Source: Lophium mytilinum
Taxonomy: Eukaryota
Assembly: GCA_010093605.1 (NCBI GenBank)
Contig: MU004199.1
Span: 1 to 64,000, forward strand
DNA: 64,000 bases
Reading direction: 5' to 3'
Numbering within the stretch: the first letter of the stretch is position 1; each line of letters starts with the position of its first letter. This document shows positions 47,440 to 61,474 of this stretch, one piece after another. A program made the position numbers and the translations under genes. The notes below the pieces were generated by a model. It saw only the letters and a program-made list of their open reading frames with translations. It searched no databases and was not told where the DNA came from.

Positions 47440-48423
47440 TTCGAAGTTTTCGTGGCGTGAAACGAGGATTTGATATTGGAAGCCGGTAGGACGACTCACG
47501 GTTTAAGACGAGTCGATGAAGGGCTGACAAAGCAATGGGGTCGATGAAGTTTGAAGACTGAGTTTGGAGGCCTTCTCAGCCCATCTTTAAGCCAAAGTAG
47601 TGAGTCTGTGAAACTCAGCGTTCGTACTCTGCTCACCTGGGCAGGTGGCCTGGGCTGACGCCAAGGAAGTAAGTGGCATTATTGCAGTCGGCAGCCGAAG
47701 CGCCGCTGCGTTATGCGATGCTCCGATCTGGCACGTGACTTTGATAGGTATCTCACCCTCATCCCTTCCTTTCTCGACTTGTTGATGCTCGCTCACCCTC
47801 ACCAGGCGCAGATATCCCATTTCTTTAAAGTACCAAGTATCCTGTAATCAGTCTGAAAGTCGATTTTGTCTCATAGGTAGTTAAGTCACATGTTTACGTC
47901 TCTTCCCAGTCCCTAACTTGACTGTTTTCCCCAAAACCAGCCTGCAAGATCACCAGTACTGGCAATTATCGGATGGTAATAGCACAGGCGAGAAACAAGG
48001 CCACTGCCTCTTGGCTGCTGCAAGAATTCATGGGCGCATCTTGTCGGAGTTAGATCTAAAAGAGGCTACCAGGGCGGCAAAGCCCGACTTCTAGTTTGCG
48101 CATCTTCATGAACAAGCATTGTCTCGTCTCCCGCCTGCATCTACAGAATAGGCTCTCATGCTACCGGCATCTGCTCAGTAGCCATGGTTCTTTTGCTGTA
48201 CAGCCTGCGGCCTGCAGGGTGATAATGGACAACCAATGAAGCAGTCGTTGTTTGACGCATTGAGACAGCCCCCGTCAGGCTGAATCCCAGCCTCGTCACC
48301 GGTAGGAAGATCAAAATGAAGCACTCCCCACGGGGAACCTCTTCCATTCCATTGACTTTGACTTCTCACCCCACGACAAAAACTTCCATCTCATCCCAGA
48401 CCACGAACCAGCTGCAAGCAGCG

Positions 48424-50319
48424 ATGAACGCTACATATAATGGCACTTGTGACTTCTCTGACGTGACAAGTGCTATCACGCTCTTTGCGGCCTGGTGTTC
48501 TTCAACAGGTTCACTCGGGAGTGTAGTGGCCGCGAGTTTCGTCGCAAAATGTCCCCAAGTCTGCCCGTTAGTATACGGCGTGGAAAATGCGGTGAGTCTA
48601 TGCCGATGTGAGTTCGCCGCTTGTGCTGACTCAAGTACCTATTAGGATCTATCTGGGAGAGGCGTAAGTCCGCTAAAGCTGCCAGTTTAACAGATGCAAA
48701 AATTCTAATTTGGGTGATCCTACAAGGTCATGGCCTCGTATTACACACAAATTGGAGGTGCTATTCTGTTCGGAGCAATCCTGCCCATGATACACGCTCT
48801 GAGAGCAAAACCCTTTAGTACGCGATCAGATACAACTATCAGCACGATCAAGCATCTATCAGACCTCTTCACGAAGACCAGCCTATGGTTCACCTTCTCT
48901 GTGGTCATCGCTGGCTTCGTGCGGAGCTTTTATGGCCTTGCAGTTATTGAGTTGACGTTTGTGAGACGTCTTATGGTCGTAGAGGCAGCTTGTTTGTCAC
49001 TTGCTTTACTGTGCCAGGACTGGGAAAAGTCGAATCTGATTGGGCTAATACGTATGAAGTTGAGTTTGATTGGGCTAATACTTGTAACATACTTCTGGAC
49101 ACTCCTCTTTTTCGCTTTCGCGCAGGTAGATATCCCATTGTTCGATTTTGACGACTTGTCGAAGCCAGCCCACGGAAGTGACGAGATGATAGCAAATTGT
49201 GGTAAGACTACTGCTTTTGCGAACATTTATTCAATATACAAAATAGAGGATTGGCATCAACTCGTGGTTTTATTCGCAGTCACCGTTGCTCCGATATTTC
49301 TGCTAGGCATAATTCGGGTAGAGTGGAACATCCTGTTCCACTTCCCCGGAACTACGAACAGGTTTATGAAGAAGTGGTTGAAGAAGTGGGAAAGGCTTCA
49401 AGATTGGGTAACGCTTGTGGCCTTTGGCTATGCAATCTATGCTGCGGTCGACAGTGCGGTTAGGCTTAGCAACTTTCGATCAAGGGTTAAAGAAATCAAA
49501 GGCTATCATCCTGCCGCTGAAGAATGGGGCTATGGTCAAACTACAGCATTGCTAGTATGGTTGCCTATACTAGTATCTCTGCTGCCGCCACTTGTGAAAG
49601 CACTTCGAGAGAGTAAGTACTGCTACTCGCAACTAATGCCCCCTTTCGCAAGCGACTGATATGATAAAGCATGTCGTGTGTATGTGAGAAAGCGAGACGA
49701 CACACCGGCTGGCGCTGAAGAGCAACAGCCCTTACACAGGCTGATCATCGACTTTCATAGAACTGGCATCCTAGAAGACCAAAATACGCCACTGGAATTC
49801 CGCACAATACTTCCCGGCTATGTGTCTCGTAAACCGCACGAAACTCATATACTGGTGAGGATGCAATATTCGGAGAACAACGCCGACCGGCACAGCGTTC
49901 ATGAAGAAGCGAACCATCACTCGCTGTCTGAGACTCCGGCGCCACATCAATCGAGGTGTTTGCGTTTGCTATCAGTTACCATGAAAGCTCCACCAAGCTT
50001 GACAGCCGGCGACGAAGAGCAACAGCTCTCAAGAACGGTGGTCTTTTCTCTTAGGACAGATGACGCTGGCTTCAAATTGGACTTTGAAAACCCACCGGAA
50101 TCTCGCCCATCGACCAGAGACCCTGTATCCCACGAAGCTGCGCCTGGTACATCGCACGAAGCCCATCAGAGCCCACCGATAAGTCAGCTCCCTTCGAAAG
50201 TCATCGCCGATGGGCGTAGTGTTCGTGAAAAGCCGAATCAGCCGTCCGTGCCCAATGCTCCAGCGCCGGTCTCATTGACTTTGTCGCCCACGTTATTAGG
50301 TACGAGAAGAACGTTTTAG
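48424..50319 (+). CDS. Fungal multi-pass membrane protein with Cys-containing N-terminus and long C-terminal tail
   Basis: Introns 48592-48645, 48664-48726 and 49613-49669 join ORFs in frame, giving CPQVCPLVYGVENADLSGRGVMASYYTQ (NPDISGIGV-like) and EEWGYGQTTALLVWLP. Confidence 0.75.
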
Positions 50320-52159
50320 CATAAGGCGACGCGGCTTTTGCTACGAGCGTTGCGAGCATGCTTCCAGGAGGTTTTAGGGGACTATCCCACCATAAAGCGC
50401 AGTGAGAGCAGACGGGATAATAGAGTATTTAGCCAGGTCACAGGGAGGAAACGGGAACCCAATGTGAATGGACGGTTGCGTTGAGATCTCTCCCTCCAAC
50501 GTGCCAAGTTGGGCGTCTGATGCTACATGTTACTAGCGCAATTGAATGCGTGTGTGGGAAGGCTTTGTGGAACGGGGAATTGGATGCCTGAATAAATCGA
50601 TTGGGAGGAAACTCTATTAGAAATCATATGGATAGCCTGGTGGAAGACTTGGTGCAATTCTCTCTGATATCGAGGAGGAAACAAATCACAAAGAGACCCG
50701 ATTACCATTCTACCAAAGCCTTGTATGTCTTGACAGCCTGATTTGAGGCTTGTTCGAGCTAGAATACCACTGTTGACGCTTCCTTAATTCGGATGAGAAA
50801 TGAGTCAATCAGAGCTGCACAGCCTGATTTGAGTCTTCCTCAATCTCGAATGTGCTGACATAAAGGATTTGATGAAAGCAAGCCGAATGATTCTTAAGCA
50901 TCAAGTGGGGAAGAGGTCCGTCAGAGATGCGCTTATCGAGAGCCCGATTTAAGGCCTCCCCGCCTGTCGTTCCGAATTTGGGCTCCAGAGCTCTCACCAC
51001 CAAACACGTGGCGCCTTAGATCATCGAAAGCAAACAATGATCGACTTGGTTTGGTGCAGCCATATGCCGGCGGATTCAGGTCCCAAAGTAATCCTTCTGC
51101 GCCCATCATGATTGGGGTAGGACCAGGAACACACCGCCTCATTTCCGTATCATTGGGCACAATGAGATCACTAACCTTGCGTAGCTTCGTTTCGGCGTGA
51201 TATCAAGCGCAGACGGCTGTGTTGCCTGGCCCAGCTTTGTGACGAGTCTGAGGGACGAGCGCGGCCGTATAAATATGGGCGTCTGCCCTGCCGGGTTTGT
51301 ATCGTTTCGTATCAGCCTGTTCTGTCTGCTGCACCTTCGACCCCATCTCGCATTCTACTTTATTCGACAACTAATCATCAATTTCTCTCTTCTTCCGGTC
51401 CTTTCATCACCACTCGAGGGCATAAAGAGTTACTTGAGGAGTCCGCTCAACGATCAACTTTCAGACTTAAGTTTCAACACCGACGATGCCGGTGTCATGG
51501 ATCAATGGCTTCAGCCTTGTGAGTTGTCGACGAGAGAGTGATTGGCTGACACGATTCATGCCCGCTGCCACGTGACCGTCCTCGTTTCACTTTCTGTCTA
51601 AGTTCAATTGTCGAATTATAGCTACTTGAATCAGTCAAACCATAGCTGCTCGTCCAACAACTTCGGTACGGTTTCCACGTGGTAGGCCAAGATCCCGTGA
51701 CTGTCTCGCATCCCCTCAATTCGCCTTCGCCAAGGAGGGATTCGACACGGGTGAGCGATCCTCGGGATGGAGATTGCGCGCCCCTTGATGCACCTCCCCG
51801 TCAACTCGCATCCGTCCCTCCTGCACTCCACTCGTCGCCATCGAGTATCTCGACCTCCGCCCTTTGCGCACTCGCGCAATGATAGAACTTTCAAGATAGA
51901 GCAGAGTTCCGTGGGGGACACCCTGCTCCGCCACGACGCGATGATGGCACTGGCCGCTTGCCTCAGGCGGCCGCCCGCTGGACACACCCCCCATCCATCT
52001 CAACTTTGTTCGCCCTGAACCTTTCTCCTCGACTAACACAACACCACGTCGAAGCACTTACGCAGCGTTCCGTCTTAATTACAATCCAGTTGCTCCACGC
52101 CCTTTGCTTGCGCCCTCGCCCTCTTCTACCCTCATCGCCCTGCAGGCTCCCACATTATC

Positions 52160-53057
52160 ATGGGAAATCTTGTCCTGCTTCTCACATTCTTCTTCCTCCT
52201 CGCCCAAGTCACTGCAATACAGAGCTCACACATGGAGCTCAATACACCGGCGGGGTCAGGGGACTCGTTTTATCCTGACCCTGAAGGAATCCTGTCTTCG
52301 CTCTGCGACATCTGCGGCGTTTCGTTCCTCTACTGCAAGCACCGCTATGCTCCGTTAATGGTTGGTGTGCCAGACTACTCTGCCATTCACCTGCTAAGTA
52401 CTGCTAGACAATCCTACCTGTGGAGAGGTATATTACTCCCAACGACCTTCTCTTGCACCGGGAATGGCCGCGAGACCCAGAGCAGAACCAGATTGAACAG
52501 GTGCCTGCGTACCAAAACGATCAGAACCGCCGACGACCGCTCCAACATGCTCATGTGCAGAGGTTGAACGGCGAATCGACTACAATACAGCCTAGCACGG
52601 TGGAGGTGTGGAGGGAGACCTTGTATAAGCCAGGAGATCGAACCTCTGCGTCACCGCAACGGCGGAGTGCTCCTAAGAAAGGCGGCTTCCCTTGCTTGCA
52701 CCCGGAGTGCAGCAGAGTGTTTAACAGGCAATGTGATCTTCGGTAAGGTTCTCCATATTAGATTGTGAACTTCCCCGCTGACCCCTCAGACGTCATAACA
52801 AAGTGCACCTCGATAAATCCGAGCGGCCGTACAAGTGCCTGTCCTGCTCCGAGGCCTTTATCTATCCCAAAGACCTCGAGCGTCACCAGCGCACCCATCG
52901 CACCCAGCCTGTCCGGCAGCAGAACATGTACTGCCCCGTGAGTGGATGCTCGAACACCGATGGATTCAGTCGAAAGGACAACTTCACGCGGCACATGCGC
53001 AAGCAGCACCCCGACGCCGCTCTCATTGCGGCTGCGCAGTGTCCAAGTCAGTATTAG
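52160..53057 (+). CDS. C2H2 zinc-finger protein (three fingers); start at 52160 or 52232
   Basis: CLHPECSRVFNRQCDLRRHNKVH, RPYKCLSCSEAFIYPKDLERHQRTH and CPVSGC...FSRKDNFTRHMRKQH. Introns 52361-52407 and ~52743-52789. Confidence 0.85.
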
Positions 53058-53616
53058 TTCTTTACAGCTTGAATTATTTCCGATTGCATATTTGGCGTTG
53101 TTGGTTGGCGATTTCCAGGGTTTGGGCTTGGATTCACCCTATTACTCATACCCCCGCACGTGCAATGTCACGTGGCGACCGCTTTTCCTGTGGCCATTTC
53201 TTTACGGTAATCTATGGGTGTATCAAAATTGGGCGACTCTCATTGGTCGAGTGCTATGTTTTCCTATCGTGGCGCTGATTGGTTTCCGATGCTACATCAT
53301 GCTTGGCAACGACGTCCTCAGCTATCCACGCTGCCTCTCATTCAACTACATGAACACCACAACACCAACATCAAAAGCATCAGTATGATGCAATGAGTTT
53401 ATTTAGATCAACTTTGTCTTATTCTTGATGCATTGACGGTCGCGCCGGGTTGTCGCTTGAGGTGACTGTTATCCACTTTCACCTACTGTTCCCCCTCTCG
53501 TCGCTAACTCGGACACCTCGACTATGAAAGCCCTCACCAACCTATATTTGTCGACAAGCGCATACCCACCACTACACATCTCGTCCATACCAACGTGGAC
53601 CTTGACAACCATCGAT

Positions 53617-54722
53617 ATGGGCCAGAACACTTCTTCCAGCACCACCCCTCCATCAACCACAATGTCCTCGTACGCTAGTCAAACTACACCCACCATCGCC
53701 TCACCCGCAGCATCCGGAGGCAAACCGAAAATCAACATCATCGATGTCCTGGCTTGCTATCCTGTCCTTCGCGGGGTAGCATCCTACCTCACCACCGATG
53801 AGCTGCGCAATCTCGCCCTATCCAGCGTCGGGCTATGGGAGTGCACAAACACGACTAAGACAGCGACGCTCCGCGGCTTAACCAAGCTCACGACATGCGA
53901 CAACCGCAAGCATTTTGAACGGGTCTTAAAGGAACGTGGACTGTCCGGACTTTTCCCGACCTTTGTACCAAAAGGAAACTGTAGAGGGTTGTTCGACGCG
54001 AAGCCGTGCGAGAGGTGTGATGCCATGGTCTGCAAGGGTACGTCTTCAACTACAAATCTTCCCATTCCATATAACACTAGCCCATAAGTCTGGGCACACG
54101 GACTTGCTAGTGTTTGACTCTAATCTTCTTCACCCAACACCACCGCAAGGACGACCTCTTTGCTAACATATCCCTAGCCTGCCGCGGCACTCATGACTCA
54201 CTGAACCTCGACCAAATCGATGTCTCCGCTCGAGAGCTCTACATGTGCGACTTCTGCGTCGAGAACTCGTGCGCCTACGCCCTCTCTATCGACGCCTCGA
54301 AGCTTTGCCGTTGCCACCCCTCACGCACCGCGCGAGGCCGCTGGCACTGCATCGCCTGCGCTGTGAAGGTCTGCACCGACGACGTCGCGCGCCTGAAGTG
54401 TCTGAGCGACCATCGCATGCAGAAGAAGCCTAGCGTGTTTATCGAGCCGGAGTACACTCATCATGAGGAGTACAAAGCGTATCGCCCACAGAAAGCTGCG
54501 CTTCTAGTGCATGCAGGGTTGCGGCTCAGGTTCCAGGGGTACGACGAGAAGGCTTTGGCTTGTGAGTGCGAGAGCAAGTTGGATCGGGAGGGTGGAGTAC
54601 ATTGCGCGTGCTGTGGTCTCGGAACGCGCAAGGACGACGTTGCTATCGTGGGCTGCGCGTGGTGTGGTGGGCAGATCACCAAGATGTCTCGGTGCCCGCC
54701 TGTGTTTCTGAAGCGTGATTAG
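53617..54722 (+). CDS. Cys-rich protein with N-terminal F-box-like segment
   Basis: IIDVLACYPVLRGVASYLTTDELRNLALSS followed by many CxxC pairs. Intron 54038-54177 joins the two track ORFs in frame (KPCERCDAMVCK-ACRG). Confidence 0.7.
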
Positions 54723-55379
54723 CGAGGCTTGGGTGGGCTTTGGAGCAGTCAGGGGTGGTTTACTACTGCGTACATGCTGGAAACTCTCAACTTCGGATAC
54801 CCGGTTTCTTGCTCAACTTTCTCTGTAGGATAGTTTCGATCTTCTCATTCGCTCCTAGCGAGCGCATATGCGAATCAAGTCGAAAGAAAGGCTCGAGTTC
54901 TAAACGTTTACCGCTATCTGGTAGTCCCAAGACGTCTTTATAGCTTCAGATGTGATACATACCTACTTACGTGCGTAGTTCCGAGTGTCTCTCTTTCTTT
55001 CTCGATAGATGAGCTGGGGGTTTGCCAGGCCTACCGGCTTGGTCCACGATCGAGGGGCCCCCGGAGTTCACTCACGTCTGTCTTGACTCCAGGGCACTCT
55101 GTACCGCGACTCGTTCTTGGACTGCGGGCACCATCTTGCTACTGATAAGGGGACTTCGAAGCCCTCTCAGAATTACAAGGGTGGTCGCATGTGCTGGATG
55201 GCTAGTACTTCGACACCGTTGTCAGGGGTAGCTCTAGTAGCTCATATACAGTTCAAACCCGGAAAAATCGATTGTATTTAGAGTTTTATAAACTTCTCGA
55301 AGCATGGTAGGCCGCACTAAAAACACATTAGCAGTGCTATAACGCCAATGCTTCAGAAAACAACAGCACATCTTGTCCT

Positions 55380-56920
55380 CTCCTGTTCTGTAACCTATTC
55401 CCCATACGCATACACCTAATCTCTACTTAAATCAAACTGCCTTAAGCTCAGTCTATTCCTCCTCACTGTGGCGTCTTCCTTTCCTAATATGACTTGAAAT
55501 CAGGTCCATATAATCATCACCGGAATATTTTCCACAGTAGACTGGTGTCCAACGATCTTAACAAGATCACCACTTCGCCACAGCTTTAAAATAGACGGTC
55601 GCAGGAAGCAAAGTACAGCATCTTGACACGTCCGGTGAAATAGCGTCGATTTGAAGCCACAGGTGGGATAGATGGATTTAGGACGGAGGAAGGCCCTTTC
55701 GGACTAAATCTTACCCAAGGCTGAGCTAAATCTGCTAAAAGCACGGTACCGAGAGGCGTTACTTTCTGGATTATCCCACTTTTGGGGCCACCTTTTGTGG
55801 CTTGATTTCTGCGCTAGTTCATCGGACGAGTCAAGACGCTGTAGTATTACGACCAGGAATTCGGTAAGCACACAACTGACTACTTTTGCTCCTCAGTTTA
55901 AAAAGTTTCCGTTCTGTCTACTAACTCGTTTCCTCTCTGCTAGAATTTCCCTCCTAATTCATGAGCCTTGCAATTAGGGCAGATACGAGGTCTTGGTAGA
56001 CAAGGGTTGAGAGCCCTAAATCCACCATTGAAAGTTTTACACTGTGAACATACGCTTCCCATCCTACCATGCGCGTGCTACCCTAAGTACCAAGGTGTGA
56101 ATCGTTAAAAAGGTTTGCTGTCTGTAAGCCTTTTCCTGCACTTTCCGTAGTTTGATTGCCAATACTCCCAGCGCTGCTGATGAACACTGTCCGAAGACTA
56201 CGCGAATCTGTTACGAAAACTAAAGTCAGGGCTTGTGTATCAGCAAATGGTGAAAGCATATTTTCCACAACGGAAGGGACGTTTCAGCGACGTTGCTTCC
56301 TGAGGCAACGAAGCCCGCCCTCTCGTCACCACATTGAACTTCGAAATCCGCGAATCTTTCCTCGACAGTAGTGTTTGGAATCGATGAAAAGCTCGAGAAG
56401 AAGACCAGACGGCCTTGTGGTCTAAGTCGTTGATATCGTCTTAGAAGACTGCCTGGAACGCGCACATTGCGTTCTGCACAAGCTGCGGGATTCTAACACT
56501 TCTGCGATGAGAGATTGGCTGAGCCACATTATTCCTAACCCAAGCCAAGCCATCTTCGCAAAACTGGTCTGACAAGGTCTTGAGTCACTGGTGTTCCTGC
56601 TCGATGCGAAGTGCGCAAGTTGCGTTGTGCGCGAGTTGCGCGTGAAGTGAGATGAAATCGGGCTGAGAACCGAGCCAACCCACCAATTACAGTCATTCAA
56701 GGAGCCGCTTACCATAGCTAATAGCTTCATGGCCGCTGATATTTGCGCTGGAGAGAGTCTCTTTGCTGTTTGCTGTTTGCTCAAGCATACTTGCATTTCT
56801 CTTCTGCATTCCACTTTTGCATTCCGTTTTTGCAGAGAAAGTTATGGTGATGCTCTTCTTCACCTCCTCATAAATCATGATTCCGGCCGTCGTGGTTTTC
56901 TCGAACTGTCTTGACCACAT
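55380..56920 (-). pseudogene. Possible highly degenerate coding relic, family unknown
   Basis: Protein-like segments interrupted by several stops on the minus strand. No motif was recognised. Confidence 0.2.
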
Positions 56921-57404
56921 ACCCCTAGAAAGTGGAATAACACATCGTAGGACGTAAGGAGTTTGCTACCTGAAGACAAGAAGCGCCAACCCTCATGCTA
57001 TTGTTTTCACTGTTGTGAGATCTCAACTATAGCTTTCGTAGCAGCCGAGAATTTGGTCACGAGAGATCCGAGAGGATTACGCTGTAAGCCCCCGCGGGTT
57101 TTTACATACTTCATGAATCAGAATGTAAAGTAAGAATTGGCTTTTCCCTTCCTATCTCTATGCCTCCCTCCCCTCATGGAGAACACAAAGCCATGGATGC
57201 AAACAGGAAATATCAGAAGAACTCTCGCTAGCAAGACGGCTGACCACGAAATATAGCTACATCTAGGGGCGCCAGTCTATGATGTGAATAGGAGCTTGCT
57301 GTCACAGTCCGTATAAAGCGTTACTCTCTCTCCTGGTCGCCAAAAAAGACCTTCATGCCGACGAGACTTCGCTATGCACGACATCCATAGCCTTCTCCAC
57401 CAGA

Positions 57405-58187
57405 TTAGAGCTGAGGACTCAAGCAGCGTTGCATCTCCCATTCCTCAGCCTCCGTCTCGACTTGGACGTCCGTCAACCGCGTATGGGATACCCAATCCTG
57501 CAGTGTGCCGTCGTTGCCCATTGTGATTGCGTCAGGGTTATCGTCTGGTACCAAAACCGGATATGGATTCGGAATAGGAGCCGGAGGTGGGAGCACTACA
57601 GTCGGGCCTTGGACTGGAGTAGGGCTTTGCACTGATGGAGTTTCTAATCCGCTTACGTTAGTAGGGATCATCCTCTATGTTGCTTCACCGGAGTCTCACA
57701 CGACAGCCAACAGCCCACTTGTACTGCTTCGACCTCTTTGAGGATGATGGCAACATGGGATCTTTCAGGCCACTTCCGAGAACAGCGACGAGAAAAGCGG
57801 CTTACCTTGTCGGAACCAACCATTTCCCCATTTTTCCACGCACCACCGCTTCATTATTCTCCAATACTTCAGCCACCCTCTCTTCATTGTTTTGAAGCCG
57901 AATACGAATGCCAGAATACCCAGGACTAATCCGAGAACGGGGAAGATTATTGCCAGCTTCAGAGCGAGAGTCAAATGCTGAGTCTTCCTGACTGCCAGTG
58001 GATGACACTCTGGACGATCATCAGTTGACTACCCTGTTTGGATACTTCACCCACACATGGTCAATGAACACTCACCAGCTACGCTTGCCACGAGGAGCAC
58101 GATGAACATCACGATCTAGTACAGGTTAAATTGGCCTGGCAGGCAAAGGGCTTGTGCTTGTCTCACCAACGACTGGGGAACCGCCAT
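57405..58187 (-). CDS. Small 4-exon single-pass membrane protein with signal peptide and Pro-rich tail
   Basis: Exons 58187-58167, 58115-58076, 58009-57806 and 57643-57405 with canonical GT-AG introns splice in frame: MAVPQSLIVMFIVLLVASVAECHPLAVRK...LAIIFPVLGLVLGILAFVFGFKTMKR...PPPAPIPNPYP. Confidence 0.72.
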
Positions 58188-59538
58188 CTCGACAGTGTCA
58201 CCTTTATCAGGACTACTTCGCAAATGCGCACGCCTTCAGACTCGGGTTTATTCCTTCCGTCTAAAGCAATTCAATCCGGGTGAATAGAGGGCGGGTCGTG
58301 CAAAAAAAGAGTGACAGCGTATACGTCACTGTCGTGGATTCGGAGAGTCGCCGGTGCGCGACCGCAATATCGAATGTTGACTCGGAAGAACGTCTACTAG
58401 TAGTTGCTGCGATGTGCTAACGGACAAAATGAATGCTGTCGCTGAAGGTTGAGGTCTGGGTGACGATGAAGGTTGCAAGAAAGACCTGTAGACACGGCTC
58501 GTGAGCGTCCGCACCACTGCCGCTCAACGTACCACCGGAGCATAGAGAAGTCCTTACCACGCCAATAAAACACTGCGAAACTCTTCTGGACGATCGAAGT
58601 CAATCGGTACGGTGTTCAAGCTGTCTGTAGGGGGCTTGCGGGAGGAAGAAGCTCGCTGTTGTTGGTCGTGGTAGATTCCACGGTTTTGCATCCGACACCA
58701 CATAATTCGACAAGCCGTCTGCAGCTGACTTCCCAGGCCATGGCCATGTTGGATTAAGCCACATCCAGACTCACGCTCGCTCAATCACCAGCGTCGATAA
58801 CGAGCGCGTTTTTGAAACGCTGATGCTAATCGTAGAAGCCCAACCGTCGATCCCGTTCATTTTTCGCTCTCATTTCATATTCTTCACTCTCCTTACTCCC
58901 ATTTCCTCCATCCTGTTCTCGTAGCTCACTCGTCTTCACCGTGCCACTTTCGTCGGAGCTAGTGGAGTAGAAGGAAAACAGGCCTTCGCGATTCTGGCCG
59001 CCAGCTCACAGCCAAGCCGTTTCATCCATGTCAGCAGCACGTGGTCAAGGCGTCGCAGCGACGAATCACTGGGTCGTGGGAGTGTGAAAATTTTATCGCC
59101 ACAACGCCCTGCATTTTCACTGGAGATCGAGGCCTGCACATGCAGCCTGTCAATTTGGCAATACGAGGATCTCTGATCCAGAAGCCGCTTCTTCACCGCT
59201 TCATGTTGCGAACTCGAATTCTGACCTCAAAATTGTAACGAGGATCATTTTTCTTGCACCGCCACTAGCTAGGGGACTACCGCTTTTATATGATACTAAT
59301 ATTGCCATATGCAATGGTTCAGTCGCAACGATTGACCTGTGTTGTGTGTCCGAAGTCTTGAACGCAGACCGCGCGTCATCCTTCCAGGAGAACGCTTCTT
59401 GTAGGCACCGTAACGATCACGTAATCGGATACCGGTGGTGGTGAGCGCCTCTTAGCTTGAACCCGACAGGTTGAGATCTGTCACATACGAACTGGATAGT
59501 GATATAGCAATGTAGCTATTAGTTGTAAATTTCTATAT

Positions 59539-61474
59539 CTACTCGGTTCTATGAGAAAAGAAATCTTTGAAAAACGCAGACCCGTCCAGAGCGTCTGTGT
59601 GAAAATCTTCGAAAAACGCAGATGCGCTGGACGGGTCTGTGGGAAGCGCGTTTGTGTCCGAAAAGCAAAAGCGAGGATATTCTTCGCCTTCAGGTGCTAA
59701 TCCTGCTCCATCGAAATAAGTAGCGCTCAAGTCGTGACCTGGGTTTACGCCAACAGACTCTCCGTAACCAGAGTCTGCATGGCTGCTTGCGGAGCTAAAA
59801 TCCGACTGAATATGTAAAGGTTGTGTTCCACGATTACGATCAAAGCCTTCCAAAGACTGAATGTCCTCCTGAATGAATGGCCTGAAGCTACCATCAGGCA
59901 TCGGGGAGGTCGTTGATAGAAGAGGGAAAGATGGCAACGTTCGGACACCTTTTCGACTCTCTGCAATTGACGAACTGCTCTTTGAAGCGTCCGCGATATT
60001 TTCCGACGTCTCCCGTATAAAGTTTCCGGGCCGACGAAAGCGCTCGCATACCTGGTTGTAACAGTCTCGAACAATGCTCTGTACGCAGCTCTCAATCTCT
60101 ATTATGTAGCTCTCGATCTCTTTGCTTGCTACGGTGTCTTGCTTGAGCTTCTCCCTCAGTCTCACTTTGAACTGTGTTGGAAACTCGCGCTCCAAGTAAA
60201 CCCCAAAACGTTCAAAGCTATGGTCGTCACCCGCGATTGGGTCTTCCTGGTCTACACACACTTAGCTACGCCTAGGTTGAGGGAGTGAGTAGGCTTACAT
60301 GGCAAGGGAGTCGAGTCTTCTGAGTCGGCGGGGAAAAGTAATCGATAAATGCTTCTCCAACGCTCCTCGTCGTTTCTTGCAGTCCCCTTTTTACTTTTCA
60401 GACGCTCAATCTTCTCCGAAGTTATTTTCAACGAGTACGGTTCGTGCGGCGGTTCTCTGATTTCACAAGCTATTTCAGCGCGGTGATGGGCAGAGAGTGC
60501 GTTTTCTCCATCGAAAACTTGTTGACAGCGTTGACACCTTGGTGGACCTTGGTGTACGCGATAAATGTGTTCTCTACGGCTGGTATTAGCGGGAGTGCAG
60601 TATAGTACGTTCGTAGACATCCACTGCTGAGAAATCCGAGCGAGATAATGGAACCCTCGATGAAATACATACTTTAACCTAGCTATGCTACTAAAACCTA
60701 CCCCCCTACAGCTGGCCCCTCTGCACTGCAGTGGGTCGCGTTTGTGGAAGGGACACGCAAAACGTCGCTGAATAGGTCTTGAGGGAGAGGGTTTGCGCGT
60801 TTTGCGTCTATCGGAATCATCGTCATCGCTCTCGCTGTGACCAGTGTCCCTGAACCTCTTTCTGTCCACGCTGATCGCTGACCGTGCGCTTCCCTGGGAC
60901 CTGTGTACCGCACTACTCCCATCAGTATTTGACGCGGTTCGCTTGGTCGTCGACCCGGCCGAGGATCCATCTGTAGACCCATTCTCGCCGTGGGCACGAA
61001 AATTGTGTCCGCTTTTATCGTCCGAGCCTGATTGTAAAGCCTCCACTACTACCTCTGAAGTCGATTCGCTAATATCAACAACGCGATTATCGTGCCCGCG
61101 TTCGTCCTCTTGTGGAGGTTTGCATTCAGCAATCGGCCCATGCAGAACGGAGGCCTCGTGGCTACCGACACGGGAAGACAGACTGGACGAGGCGACAGGG
61201 AGAAGGACTATAGCATCTATCCAGAAGTTAGTTTAATATAGTCAAGAGAGGGAGTATCCTCACTTGCTTTCAGCCTTGACCGAAGGTGGGCTGGTCTTGC
61301 TAATCTACGCCGACGAGGTCGACAGGAGCTGCGCGTTCTACACTTCGTGCACAAACTGACTGGGGGCTTGAAGACACTGCTGCAGGGGAGGGCGATGCCA
61401 GTAGTAGTCATCGTTGGTTTGTGAATATTTGACACCTCAAACCATGTTGCTAAGAGATGGGCGAAGTTGGCCAT
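59539..61474 (-). CDS. Fungal C2H2-type zinc-finger protein; 5' end uncertain
   Basis: FACPFHKRDP..C...C...F..IARLK-EHIYRVH..PRCQRC..F......HHR...C...ERWRSIYRLLFP. Introns near 60575-60672, 60252-60298 and probably 61218-61263. Confidence 0.75.

Noticed and set aside
50400..52100. Overlapping short ORFs upstream of the C2H2 gene
   Set aside because: They show no consistent splice structure or motifs and are most likely promoter or intergenic sequence.
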